Of a stretch of 64,000 nt of DNA, positions 51,701 through 64,000 are shown one piece after another. Each line of letters opens with the position of its first letter. Position 1 is the first letter of the stretch. Source of the DNA: Raillietiella orientalis (Eukaryota); contig JAYWIR010000038.1 in NCBI GenBank assembly GCA_036172245.1, positions 248,001-312,000 of the forward strand. The letters run 5' to 3'. Both the position numbers and the translations under genes were made by a program. The notes under the pieces are model-generated. The model saw only the letters and a program-made list of their open reading frames with translations, searched no databases and was not told where the DNA came from.

Positions 51701-54700
51701 AAGCAAGGGGCCTCCAGGGGCAGCTCCGAGGGAGGCGGCAGGAAAAGATGCGCTCTTCACCTCGGGGCGAGACGGTGAGCGCGCCGCGGCAGGAGTTTGA
51801 AAGCTGCCACCGAGATGGCGCTGAAGCGAATGGTCTTGCGTCCTCCGTGCGGAGATGGCCGATCCTCGCCAGCACCTTCCCGCTTGAACAGGGAGCTTCC
51901 CTGTGCTCTTTGCAGGCTTTCGTTCCCATCTCTCAGCTCCATCTCACGTGTCTTTCGTTCACCAGAGGCTTCTGATCAACGAAGCACAGCACGGCCAGAG
52001 GCTTCTGGCCGTCAAGTGCTCGCTTCGAGCACCTTACGGAGGTGCCGGTGCAAAAACCATCTCCCTCCTCGGCATGCATTCCTGGAAAATGTTGAATGAG
52101 GACCCACGAGGGTCCCTCCCTGCTAAAGTGGGGGGGAGATCCTGTGCCTTGGAAGACAACCATGCAGTTGTCCACCCAGAGGATGTGACCCTTTTCGCTG
52201 TCCCAACACCAGAGCTCGGAAGTGGGAGGAGGCGCAAACATAGCATAACACGCAAACAAACAGAACAGAGGCGCAAACAGTCGCTGCTGATTTGCCCCCG
52301 TGCACGATGACCTCGAGCCTCGTGAGAAGTGCTGACGGTGGCGCACGCGAACGGGCGTCGCCGACGAAGATGGTTGTTCTCTCCAGCCGCAAACGTACCT
52401 TCTGGAAACCCTCTCCACTGTAGGTCTCCAGATTCTGTCTCGATTCATGGGGAAGGGGAGGGGGGTAGAAGGAGAGAAGGAGAAAGCGCCGAAGAGCTTT
52501 GTGAGCAGTTGAAAAAACGATAACTCACCAGGGCTCCACCAACGAGTGGACCCGATCGGATTGCAAGAGATCCCCTTGCGTCTCCTTCCGTGAGAAACGC
52601 ATCTTTTGCCGACGAAAGTCCTTAGCGCTTCACGAGGGACCGACCTCTGTCCGGGTCGTCGCTTCCAGAGACGAACAGAGCGAAATGCTCTTGGTAGGCA
52701 GCGGGGGCGCCTCACCGTTACCGGTCTACGGAAGAGCGAGTTACTGTGTAGGAACGGGGGGGAGAGGACCAGCGTCAGAAACAAAGGCGTAGCGAAAACG
52801 TGAGCTGCCGCCGCAGTCTGCAGAGTTGCGCACCTCCGTCAATCACGAGGCGCTACGGTTGCCTGGCGGCGATAGCTGCGCTGGATGGGAGGTGGTAGCC
52901 CTGTGTGTGACGCGAGGAGGAGCTCGCAGGTGGCACGTCTCCGGGAGCGCAAGGCGCTTAGAGAGCGCTTAGAGGCGGAGGGGGGGAGGGGAGGAACGAG
53001 GAGGAGGAGGCTTGCCAGCGACAACGACACATTTCGTTGTCTAGACGACGCCGTGTGGTCTACCGCGATTATCGAGATCGAGAGTTTCGCCCTCGCGCGC
53101 CATCTCGCGACGTTCTCCAGAACAGAGCGATCTGTCGCCGTGCGCATCTGCCACGAACTCCTCGTACGCCTCTTCCTCCCCCCGCCTCCCGATCGAAGTG
53201 ACCTCGCCAAGAGGAGAAGGTGCCTCTGATGCGTCTTTCTGCGAGCAGAACGGGAGGAACTTCTCACAGTTAGCGGGCAGGGACTGCCCCCACTCCAGGT
53301 TCCTGATTCCGCATGGCTCCCTAGGAAACGTCCGGTAGCTTCCGTCCTCAGTTTTTTTCCCACTCCCAAATTGGAAGAACCGAGTGAAGGAAGGTGAACG
53401 GGCCCACCAAATGTACAGGATGAGGAGTGGACAGGTCTCGAGGCAGTCACCAGCATTCCCACAGGTCTGCGCTTTACCTTTGACCGCAACTAAAGAAATG
53501 AACGTCCAGAGAACGAACCGAGTCCTTTCTGGAACACCAGAGAGAGGGGATGTCATCCAAGGGGAGCACTTGATCAGGGAAGCCGCTCTGGAGTCCACAA
53601 ATAAGTCGAAATCAATAATGGGAGGAGGGAGGTCATTGGGCCCTGGTCCTTCCGGTGTCTCTCAGCCCGTGCTCTGTACGGACGGTGTCCTTCTCGGCTG
53701 CTGGAGTCAGCTGAAGTGACCTCGTCTCTCCCACCTCCCTCCTCCGTTGCAAGGCGCAGGGCAAGATGGCGACTGCCGTCGATGCTAACGGGATGCCGGG
53801 GGATTCCCTGGGACGGAAACGCTCCAGACGGGGTCTCCAGGGGTCGCCGCCGTCCGGGCGGCAGAGGAGTAGAGGTGGCCGCCACGCGCTCCCGTTTCAC
53901 GCGAAGGGCGCCGCTGCAGCCCGGAAGGGAGCGCTCAGCTTCCGGAGGGGCAATGCAAAGCTGCCGAGACGCGGGGGCGGGCGGCCTCCCATCTTGAAGG
54001 AGGTCTGGCGGATTCCCTCGCAGCGGCGGCTTCCACCTACGCATCCCGCCGGACCCCACCTTTTCAGGGAAGGGACACCAAGGGCGTGGTACTGCCCGCT
54101 TGCTTCGGTGCTGCGTCACCGCCTCCGGAAGTGAGGAGGGGGGATCTACAGGACGTGCGCTGGCTGGCGAGTGGTCCGAGGGAGTGGAGGTCCCCCGGCG
54201 AGCAAGGATCCTGGGACCTGAAGAACCGGAAGTCTACTCGGAGGGTTACCCAGGAGACGCTCAGGTGCCGAGGCGCCTCCCCGCGGGAGGGCGCCCGCTT
54301 GGAGCAGGGATTGCATGCGGAGGTCGCCGCAGACGAAGGCTATCCACTGCTTCTGGAGCTCGTCCCTTTGACCCGTCCCTACGGCAGGGGTAGTCCGAGG
54401 GGGCTATGCCCCCTCCCTCCATACTCCGAAGGAAAACGCGGTGCTCGCGTTTCGACATCGGCTCTCCCTCGGTCAAGCGAGCCGATGCGGAAGCGGCGCG
54501 CTACCTGGGAAGGAGGTCAACGCGCTCCTCCGGAACTTCACCTCCCGCCGCTGCAGATCCGACGCGGAACGACCACTCGGCGTGCGAGCGGTCCGACGCG
54601 CCCGATCGACCTCCCGACGTCGTGGACGCGCCGTCGAGCGGCCGCCGGCAGCAGGCAGCCGCGCGCAAGGAGGACCGCTGCTGTCTTCATGAGTCCGCCG

Positions 54701-55489
54701 CGCCGCAAGGTCGACAGCCGGCGTCCTCGTCCCGGACCGCTCGTCTGCCCGGGTGCCGGAACGAGCGGCTCCAGGGAGGCGGTGTGCCTCGGGGAACAGG
54801 CGTCGTCGAACGGGACGGAGCAGCGCCAGATGCCGACGGGCTGCGGAGCTGTGCGCGGCGCGACGCGGCCAGGTCCGACTTGGTGATGGTGGATGGTCCT
54901 GCTGGCGGATGGTCGTTCCCGGTGGCCGAATGGTGAGGGAACGAGCGGGATCTTCTTTTCCTGGCAAGCACATCGCGCAGCAGCCGAGGCGGACGCGGTC
55001 TTTGGGGTGGCGACTGAAAGGTTTGTCTACCGACCTGAGGATGATGACTTTCTGCATGTGAGGTCAGCGGCAGCCACGTGTAGCACTTCCATTCAGAGTT
55101 GGGCAAGCTTGGGGAAAAGGATGCTGCAAGGTTCAGGACGAAGAACTTGGCAGCGAGGGTTTGCTCCAGCAGAAGTTTCTTCAGGGGCATTTCCTCAGGG
55201 TGAGCGCTTTGCGTCCACTGAACGACTGCGATCACTTGGTCGTCCCGAAGCAGTACAGTAGCTGACCATCTAATTAACAACATGGGTGAGACGCTGGATT
55301 GGGTGCGACCGCTTTGCTTAGAGCATTGAATTAAATATTTAAGTGGAGAATGCGTGGCATATTATTCCAGGGACGAGTGATCCCCAGAACGGCCATTTTC
55401 CTTTCAAGGTGGATAGATTTCCAATCTTTCGACCAAACTCCTTAATTCCAGCGAATAGTGATAGAATTTAATCCTAAAATTATTAAATT

Positions 55490-55590
55490 AAAGGCAGAAT
55501 TGTGTTAAATATATATATATATATTCTGATTGTATTGTATATAATCTAGCACAGTTAGATTATATATATATCTAACACAACTTTGCCTTT
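55490..55590. repeat. ~100-bp AT-rich foldback (MITE-like inverted repeat)
   Basis: aaaggcagaattgtgttaaatatatatata pairs with tatatatatatctaacacaactttgccttt, 27 of 30 positions complementary. Confidence 0.8.
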
Positions 55591-56859
55591 GGTTCTGTAT
55601 ATATATATAAATCTAAATGCATATATATATGTGTGTGTGTATTTAGATTAATTTTATTAGAAATAATTATTAATACATGCTATGTAACAAATATATTTGA
55701 TCAGTTGATCACTTTTTAATTGAATATCACATTTGCAATGATAATTTTTCCTGGAGAATCACAGACGTGCCATTGAAGCACTCGAATTAATAAATACATA
55801 ACGTATTCGAAAAATGAAAAAAAAATGCAATTTATGAAAAATATCAGATAAAGTTAAATAAAGAGGATTTAGCTTACAGTTTTTAACTATTATATGCACG
55901 CATGGACCATGGATTGAAAGTTGTACCACGCAGACATTCTCATTGTAAAGTTCATTCAGAATTTATTCAGCTTTAAAACATTTATATCATAATTGCGATT
56001 CTTTTTTTCTCTATCGATGGTGTAGTTAAAACGTGGCAGGTGAGTTCGTTTCGGCATCCCGGATGAGTCCATTTTAGCATCCTGGTGACTGGGAACAATG
56101 CGTCCTTTGGAAATGCCGTTGGCTGTTACGACGCAAGGCACGCGGATTTCGAGATTCCCATGCATGCGGATTTGAGCTCGAACTCGGCAGCAGTTGGTTT
56201 CAAACGTAGAATTCCAGTTGATTGCTCCGAGGTGATTCCTGGCCAGCGGCCACGCCTAAACCTCAGACCAAATTGGTATTCTTCCGCGAGGGTGGCCACT
56301 CGAGGTTTTGATAGGTACGTGTTGTAAGCCCAAGGGGCCCAGAGCCCTTCTGGGATGACTTCCCATTTCAGCACTGGCGACTGGCGTCTCCTCAAAGATC
56401 CTCACCTCTTCCCAGGAGGATTTCTGCGGGGGGTCAGATAGGCGGAAACACTTTGCTGAGGAGCGCGCGGCTCCTGTCGGAAGGCACGTGCACGCGCACC
56501 AACGACTCGCTCTGCATACGAAGCGAAAGCTGTGTGGAAACTGGGCCAGTCCTTTGCTCCCGGCGAAGCGGCACCTCCAGTCTGGCGGACCTTGCGGACA
56601 CGAAAGACCTCCAGGAGTGCTGTGTCCAGCTGGACTTACAGCCGCCACCATCGAAGAACATGGCTGCCTACTCCTCAGCGCCGCCGCCCAGCTCCGTCGA
56701 GACTCAGGGCACCTGAGGCAAGAATTTTCAGTCCTCTGGAGCTCCTGGGCCTACGTGTAGGGGCTCCCACTCACCCTTTCGACGCACCCAAGCTCTCTCC
56801 GGTGCGGAGCGCGCATCAGCGTCTCTTTCGGCGGAGGTGCCTCGCCAGAGAGCGAAAAA

Positions 56860-57465
56860 GGAAGTCCCGCAGCAACAGACAGAGGACAACATGAGCTGAG
56901 TCCGCTGCGCTCTGCAGCAGCTTCTTCTCAAATCGACGCCGGGCCCACTGCAGGGTTCAGCGTGGCCTTTCGTACCCTGGCGAACTACAGCTGCCCCCGC
57001 CGCCTCCTTCGCGGACTCCGCCTGCCCCACAGGAAGGAGCACCCGAGTCTGGATCGCCTGGAGGCGCCTGGTTGCAGGTCGAATCACCGGTCTCGCCTGC
57101 AGAAACGCCGCTTCGAGCTTTCAGGACCCTCCTCGAGGCGCCGTGGCGTTTCTGGAGGCCTACGAGATGGCTGATCCACTCGGTCCATAATGCCGAAAGG
57201 GCCATCCTCTGCCCTTTGGACCGGGGACTCTTGCCGTTTCAAACGGACTCATCCGAAATGCCCTTCCAGTCTGTCCCCTTGTTCTCCCCTTCCTCCACTC
57301 CCCCGACCTCACCTGGTCTCCCTGCAGGTCCCCGACCTCCCCCCGGGAGACTGCTTGTAAGGCTCACATCATGAAGCGCATGGCTGGACCGCCGGTCCAA
57401 CCACAGTTCTCAGAAAATGTTTATTTTCTATTGAGATAAACTCCCCGGCGCACCAGGGTGACAGC
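56860..57465 (+). mobile_element. L1/Tx1-like 3' fragment with 3' UTR
   Basis: UTR block ggctcacatcatgaagcgcatggctggacc...acagttctcagaaaatgtttat is shared with 62849-62915. It ends gataaactccccggcgcaccagggtgaca. Confidence 0.6.
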
Positions 57466-58602
57466 ACTGAAGGAGGGATCGGTGTCTGTTCCGTCGCTGA
57501 GACAACGGCAGCGAGCGCTGCTCACGGTCTCTCGCCAGTGTCTCACCCGCGCATTCAAATTTAGGGTGGCCATCGAGGTGTCGGGGCAGCGTGTCGCCTA
57601 CGGTTAACTGAGGCCCGGAACTCGCGCCGTGGGAAGAGACTTGGCGCTTGCGAAGGTCGAGATTCTTTCCCGGAATAGGTGGGATGCGTTCCGATCTGTC
57701 TCGTCTCCTACGCACTGCTGATGCAAAGCAAGGACTGCTCGGAGCGAAATTCCCAGAAAGAGAGAGAACGAGGAACGGATACAAAGGAATGATGGTGAGC
57801 GAGGCGGGCATAAATCATATCTGCAGCCCGCCAACACAGAATCCAAACATCACCGATCCATTGTGACGAGCAGGCGGCTAAAAGGAAGTCCCCCTTTTCC
57901 TTTCTCTTTCCTCTTTCCGGGTTGGGGCAAAGGTCAGGAGTGTAACGGCTGCGAGCGGGGACAAGCAAGGAGGTTCAGTTGCTGTTGTTGATGGTGGTCT
58001 TGCCCTCGTCCTCAGAAGCGGTGTCAAGCTCCAAACCTCACGCACGTTAAAGGGAATGCTGAATTGTTGGTACGGTACACGTCTGTGCTTGTATTCCACA
58101 CACGTTCGTCACGGACGTCTCCATCGGAAGAAGGTCGCGTGAAAATTCCCGATCAGAGAAGAAATCACGCATGCGCGCGTTTCCTCCCACATCCCCATGG
58201 CGCTCACGAATGCACGCCGGCTGAAATTTTGGGGTTCGCGGCGGCCATTTTGGTGCATCCGTTTCGCTTCTCGCCAGGTCATTCGTCCCGAACGGATGTC
58301 TCTGCAGAGCACCTCCTTGCCCGCGCACCGGCAAGCGGCCGCCATGTCTGTTGGGGGTCGGAGGCCCGGGGGGGTTCACGCACGTGGCCCACACATCAGC
58401 AGACCTCAAAGCGCGCGGACACGTTCCATGACGTGCTCTTGGAAAAACTTTCGCCTCGGGCGGTCGTCCCGAACCCCGTGCGGGTCGCTGTCGGAGCGCG
58501 GAAAGCCCGTTCGCCACCACCTCGGAGGATCCACTCGAAGCTCTGAAGAGAAGCGCGCTCCCGACGCGGGCTCGGGAGCGCGGCCTGCCTGCGGCGCTCG
58601 CG

Positions 58603-61000
58603 ATGCCACCCGGGTACGCCGGGACCTTTATTCAAACATTTCAAGGGTCAGTACATTACGTGGTACAAGGCCCCACTAACGGCCAACACTACGCAGGACC
58701 TGCCGGGACGCAGTCCAGCGTGACTCTCCTCGGCAGTGGAAGGGGAAGGGGGAAAAAACAAAAAGAAAAATAAAACAATAAGAAAAAAAAGATAGAATTT
58801 GGAGGGCCGGGAAGGGATCACTGGACACTGGGAGGAAGGCCCATGCTTTGCAGGATGCCCTCGAGGTCCTCTTTCAGTCTACCCAGCTGGCGCCATCAGG
58901 TAGCTCTCTGCAGGAAACGAACAGCATACGGGATGACGTCCGTTACCATGGAATCTTCGTCGTCGGCTTCACTCCAGGCCGCCACAATCCCACGGATGCA
59001 GCAAAGTGCTGCCAGGGCTGCGGCTGGCTGCAAGGCGTCCCTCACGAAGAGAAGACTGTGAACATTCCTGGGGTTGCCGTCAACCGGTATCCCAAGGGTC
59101 GTTCCGAAAGGTTCCCACAGGGGCCGGAGAGCAGGGCAGTCAACTATAAGGTGGGGGAGGGACTCCCGATCCCCACACCTGGCACACTCTTCCCCGCGTC
59201 CAGTGGAAGCGGCGCGCGTTGCAGGGTAACCCCCAATGCAACAGCAGCAGCACCGATTCTTGCCACTTCATGGGGAGAATCCTGGATCCATTCAGCACTG
59301 GGGGCCACTTCAGATCATCCGTCGGGATGCCGAGCAGCTCGCCCCGTTTCAAAAGTTCTCGCGGTAGGATGCTCGGGATCGTGGCGCCCGCCAGTTCTCC
59401 CATGGTCCAACCGCTCATCATCTCTCTGCCTGCGATACGGCAGGAGACTTGCCACCTCGGCTTCCGACGGTTATAAAGCGCCCTTCTCATAAAGGGCATC
59501 GCCGTAGCAAGGGGGGTCCTCTCCGCCCACGTGCAACTGGCGGGAAATTCCAGAAATTTCCAATGCGGCGCTGGCGGGGGTGGCACAAGCGAATGGAGGC
59601 GCCCGCGCTGCCGCTGTTCCATCGGGCCGGCGAAGCGGAGCGAAGAAGCCCGACGCGCCCGACCTCCGGGGCTTTCTGCTGAAGACTGCGGGCGCTCTTC
59701 CTCCCGCGCCCTTCGCAGCAGATTTGCGAGCGGCACGGGAAAGCTTCTTCGCCAAGCTTCTGCAGAGTCCCGTCGTTTCCCGAACGTGGCCGCGAATCCT
59801 CCCTCCTCGCTTTCAGCAGCAGGGAGCAGAAAAGGACAGCGGGCCGGCCTTTCGATCCCATCCTCTTCATCCTCGTACTTTCTCCACGCCTTGAATCATC
59901 CACCCGTCCGCCCACGTTTGGGTCTGCTGCACCACTCCAGTCGGGGCAGCCACTCCTCCCAAGCGCTGCTGCGTCCTCCTCCCCTCTCCCTCCCTCCCCC
60001 AGAATAGACCTCTTGGGAGGCAGCACGCGCAGGCTGCCACCCGGCGGACTCCCTAAGACTCCCTGAAGGCGTTGGGCCTGCCGGAACACGACGACACGCA
60101 TCCGAAGTCTCCTTGTCCGACACGGAAGGACCCGAGTGGCGCACGTTCTCGCGCGCGCGTCTCGCCGCCGCCGCCGAAAGCCAACGATCCGTTTCCGCGC
60201 CCACCCCTCGAAAACCCAGGAACACACGCGATCCTTTTTTCCTTCTTCTTCCTTCACCATCCTTCCTCTCCTGAGAACACACCTTCCCGTCATGAGGAAA
60301 CGACCGGCTGCCCCTGTACCACTGCAACCGGCAGCAGGGCTCACCAGCTCGGAATACGGGAACTCACGCTACACCTGAGAACAAAAAGGCATGGAAACGG
60401 AAGTGAGGGAAAAGCGTGAGAACAATCAGCCAGCGAAAGGGCAGCGAAGGGGGAAAGGATACACGTCCGAGGGTGGGGAGTGAACAAAAAAGAGAAGGGA
60501 AGGCGGCGACGGGAGGATTTCCGGGCGCGCGAGGGATCACCTGCGGTGTCCTCTTGTCCTCGTCGCGGGGGCAGGTCTGCTGTCTTCCGGTGGGGGCCCG
60601 CCGTTGGCGTCGGCAGAGTGGTCAGGGTGGAACGCGTCGCCCCGTACGGCCGGCCGCCGCTCGCGAGCCGACGGAGGCTGGGTCTTCGCCAGGTCCAGGG
60701 CAGGGGGAGGGCCGCCTCCCGCGCCGCCGCCGCACCAGACGTGTTCCTCGATCTCTCCCGCCCGGCTGTGCTGCCTCCAGCCGCAGGGCGCGCGAGTCGA
60801 GAGGGGAGCGAGCGAGCAGCAGCTTGCCGCCCGTCCCCCCCCCCCGTCTTCTTCCTTCGCCGGCTTCCCTCGGTTGGTTCGCGCGCCGGCAGATGGCGGC
60901 AGCGGCGGCTCGACGGACGCGCTCTCCGGCGAGCAGGCACGGAAGCTCCGTCGTCCCCCGCGCGGAGTGGGGCGACGTGCTGCGGCGTTGCGCGAAAGGA
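58603..61000 (-). mobile_element. L1/Tx1-like element relic: EN end, deleted middle, zf-RVT, 3' UTR
   Basis: WTWRRP and PDHSA (EN); KWQESVLLLLHWGLPCNARRFHW..CQV..ESLPHLIVDC (zf-RVT); 3' end AATAAAggtcccggcgtacccggg. Confidence 0.7.
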
Positions 61001-61009
61001 AAGATACTT

Positions 61010-61790
61010 CCTTTGGTTCGCCTGATGCATTTATTTCCGGGCACACGAAATTTTGCATCAAAATTTCGAAAGTAACGGGACACTAGAAGGGATACGAACC
61101 AGGAAGGAAAACATGAAGAGGTGCTGGACATCTGAATTCGTGTCGTTTTCGGCGGAAAAATTCGTGCGTGTTTATGGGGGGAGGGGGGCATGAAGGAATC
61201 GTAAGGAGAAGGGCAATGCAGCTATGGCTAAATAGCAAGCATAGAAGGAATTAAAAACGTGAAGAGCAATCGTGCGTAGAGTACTCCGAGCAGACAACTT
61301 CAAAGGACAAGGGAAGTGGAAGGAGGATGAAAGGGTGATCGGATTACACGGACTCTGGTTGCTCCCACCCAGCTTTCACGCAGATCTTTTAAAGCCTCCT
61401 CATTCGGGAAAGCCGCCAGGTCCAACTCGTGGCACATCCCCACAACGGCAGCGTCTGGGCGCCAGGTTTCCTCTGGCGACGCGTCCGCTCCCGCGAGGAG
61501 CCGTTTCCAGGACTCCAGTGCACGTGACACACCACGAGGCCGCTAGGGCGGCGACACTGGCGGCAATGCCGGTGCAGCAGAGAAACCTCCCGCGAGGTGT
61601 CCTGGGGTGCCAGCAGGGCGATGCGCCATGCCCGCACGGTGGGGTCAATGTCCGCCCAAGCTGCAAGCCTTCCCGCGCTCCGGCGGTCGAGGAGGGGTGG
61701 CAAGAAGGCGTCACGCAGCCTTGGTTGCATCGAACACACGCGCTTCTTTGAAATGAGTGAGGTGGTCCCTGGCGGCATCTTTGCAGCTCA
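61010..61790 (-). mobile_element. Non-LTR element C-terminus and 3' UTR (divergent subfamily)
   Basis: RVCSMQ...PLLDR...AAW resembles a degenerate zf-RVT. The UTR ends aaataaatgcatcaggcgaacc. Confidence 0.4.
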
Positions 61791-62119
61791 AAGAAGGCAC
61801 CCGGGGATCCCTTGGACTGCCAAGGAAAACCGGTTCCCTATTTGGTTTTATTCTTCCCGTGGACGGAAGCTTGGCCGCGCGTCCTCCCCTGCCGGTAGTC
61901 CCCGTCGGAACTTTCCACGAGGCAGGAGACCAGAGGAAAGCACCTATTCTTAAGAGGCGTCCCGAACGTGTGGGGCGCTTGGGGAACCACACACGCCCCG
62001 GTGTGGAGAAACTTCCTCACGGGGAGAGGTCGGGTCTTCAGACCTAAGGTTTCGCTCCACGCACCTCCCACAGTTCGGGTCCAAACACCCCTGCGTCCAG
62101 TGATGCCGGCGGGTCGTGG

Positions 62120-62950
62120 GCAGGATCAACAACCTCCCTTGCTGCATGGCTGCCTTCCCTGAGGGAACACATGGGCAGCAGCCTCCGGCTACATGGGAGG
62201 TTCGTGTGGAAAACCCCGGAAGGAGGTCTGGACGAATAGACGACGGGCCAGCTAACGGACGCTGCGACCCCAAGTGCTCTCTACTGCACTGGAACCTCCC
62301 GTGCAACGACCACCGGCATCACTGGACTCGGGGGTGTTTGGACCCGAACTGTGCGAGGTGCGTGGAGCGCGAATGCCTCCCTCATCTGTTAGTGGATTGT
62401 ATCGCCCTCCAGTCCCTCTGGGAACGCTTTCCCGCGGCCCTGGGAACAACCGGCGGCAACTTGAGGGGCGCTTTAAGACCCCTCCTCTCACGCGACGCAT
62501 TTCGGCCGCAGCCTCGCTAGCAGCCCTCTGCTGCCTACGCGGGATCGTCGCTGCACGGAGCGACGCAACAGGAGGACCCAGCGATAGGGATGCCGTCCAC
62601 TTCGCCGTCCTTTTCATCAGGATGGCAACAAGATGGCCCCATGTGAACAGCATTATCCAGCACGACCTTGTCGGCATCCTACAGAGGACGCACTGGACCG
62701 CCACCAGCAGAACGCGATCCCTTCCCACACACACACACACCTCAAAGTTATTTATTTAGTTTTATTTTTGTTTCCTTTTTTTCCTGTTTGCTCCCTCCCT
62801 GCTGCTGCCGTGGTGGACCTCACCGGTCTGCACACCGGTTATCTGGCAGGCTCACATCATGAAGCGCATGGCTGGACCACCGGTCCAACAACAGTTCTCA
62901 GAAAATGTTTATCTTTTGTTGAGATAAATGCCATGGCGCTCGGGTGGGAA
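62120..62950 (+). mobile_element. L1/Tx1-like ORF2 C-terminus and 3' UTR
   Basis: LLHWNLPCN...PNCARCVERECLPHLLVDC..LW is an intact CX2C...E..H...C zf-RVT, followed by the family 3' UTR. Confidence 0.75.
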
Positions 62951-62979
62951 TCGAGTTGCACACGCCGGGGTGGACCTGG

Positions 62980-64000
62980 GGAGCAGCAGCAGCAGATGGT
63001 CCCCGTAAGCCAACATGGCGGGCGTACCGGGATACGAGCTTCGCAGGGTTGCCAGAGTCTCCCTGTAAGCTCTCAGCAACAGTTCGAAATAGGTGCTGAA
63101 GGGCGGGGGGCTCAGTTGTTGCTTTGCCGCATCCCGCGTCACCCTACCCATATGCGATCTGCCCTATCTGTTCCGCCTTCAGGAGGTTTTCGCAGGGAGC
63201 ATTCCTGCTTCCGGCGCTCCCGCCCACACCAAGAGAAATCTTCCTCCGGTATCGCCACGTTAGTCGGGCGACCCCGTAAAGCAAGTTCACCTCGAAAACG
63301 AAGATAGAAGTCCGGGGCATAACCCCCCTCCCCCACCCTAAGAGAAGGAAGAGCCGTGGCTGATGGATAGGAAGGAGAAGCCTCCGCCATCTTGAAAATC
63401 CCGAAAGAGGAGGCCAGGATGGCTGGAGGAATTCCCTTCCGAGACCGCGCATCGGAGCGCCTTGAGGGTTCCCAACAAAAGGCGTTGGGGGCCATGCCCG
63501 GAAGGCAGGCAGGTGGTGTGCTGAGAACGGGAAGTTCCCAAAGCGGAGCGTTCCTAGAGGGAAGTTCAGACGTCCGCGACGTGAGCGACGCAGACTCTCC
63601 AGGGGCGGAGGTCCCTAAAGAGTGCTCGTGACGCCCGCGTCCGCAAAAGTCCACCGGATGGGGGCTGAGGGAAGCGACAGAGGGGAGGAAGCCGCGCCCC
63701 CAAGGGTCATGTTCGAAAGGCATGCTTGGTCTTTGTCAGGCGACCTTGGTGACGTAGTAACGGCAGCTCTCTTTCTTCGCGGGTGACATCAGGGATGCCG
63801 GGGAAAGGCACCGCGGAATAGCGGACGTCCCTCGAAGCAGCATCCCAGTTGACATGGGGACGGTGACGAGGCATGAACACGTCCGAGGCAGGGGAGTGAA
63901 CAAAACCGAAGGGAAGGCGGCGATGTGTGACGTTCCCGTTTCAAGTGGGGACGGACCGGCTGTCCCTCGCAAAGCTCCGCCGCCGCACCAGACGTGTTCC
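62980..64000 (-). mobile_element. APE endonuclease fragments; 63877-64000 partly duplicates 60461-60510 and 60722-60747
   Basis: TDRADRIWV resembles SRID.I, and AYGDHLLL resembles SDH. Shared DNA blocks: gggagtgaacaaaa..gaagggaaggcggcga and cgccgccgcaccagacgtgttcc. Confidence 0.45.

Larger units (their letters stand above)
28125..56349 (-). pseudogene. Fragmented multi-exon thioester-protein superfamily (complement C3/A2M/TEP-like) gene, probably disabled; introns filled with retroelements
   Basis: Exon peptides follow TEP domain order on the minus strand: YNTYLSKPRVATLAEEYQFGL (MG1), EKKIPLV..GH (MG1/2), DQVLPLDDIPSL (MG2), EELVVDVVW..DCSGNL (MG5), APGE..SYVVLYAVDFSL (MG6), GTGSGGIDSDFAERG (LNK), HHWFW, YPSGLT, VCV..WLQLPCS (MG6b/7), VFDPTGG. 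Alignment is by eye only, and I did not find the GCGEQ exon. Confidence 0.55.

Noticed and set aside
54961..55034. VDKPFSRHPKDRVRL as the TEP TDKPIY.PG motif
   Set aside because: The segment is bounded by GT..TTGCCAG like a ~74-nt intron, and the following EKKIPLV exon fits better. Ambiguous, so not used as evidence.

Overview
This is eukaryotic, probably arthropod, genomic DNA: it has short GT-AG introns, degenerate TTAGG repeats and a Wolbachia-like insert. I found no operons, rRNA or CRISPR arrays. Most GC-rich sequence is nested, frameshifted L1/Tx1-type non-LTR retrotransposon debris (APE endonuclease, RT, zf-RVT CCHC finger, shared 3' UTR), so almost all six-frame ORFs are spurious. Five things stand out. 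(1) A micro-exon gene on the minus strand (~28.1-56.3 kb) whose exons match the thioester-protein (C3/A2M/TEP) domain order, with in-frame stops. (2) An antisense, frame-preserving 15-bp array (N-D-Y-S-P pentapeptide, 708-aa ORF) between those exons, where the bait/anaphylatoxin region would be. (3) An intronless, disabled Serrate/Jagged-like Notch-ligand copy. (4) A ~140-bp Wolbachia-like rsmH fragment inside an L1 relic. (5) A conserved AATAAA plus GC hairpin at the element 3' ends. All homology calls are by eye, without database searches, and some stops or frameshifts could be assembly errors.
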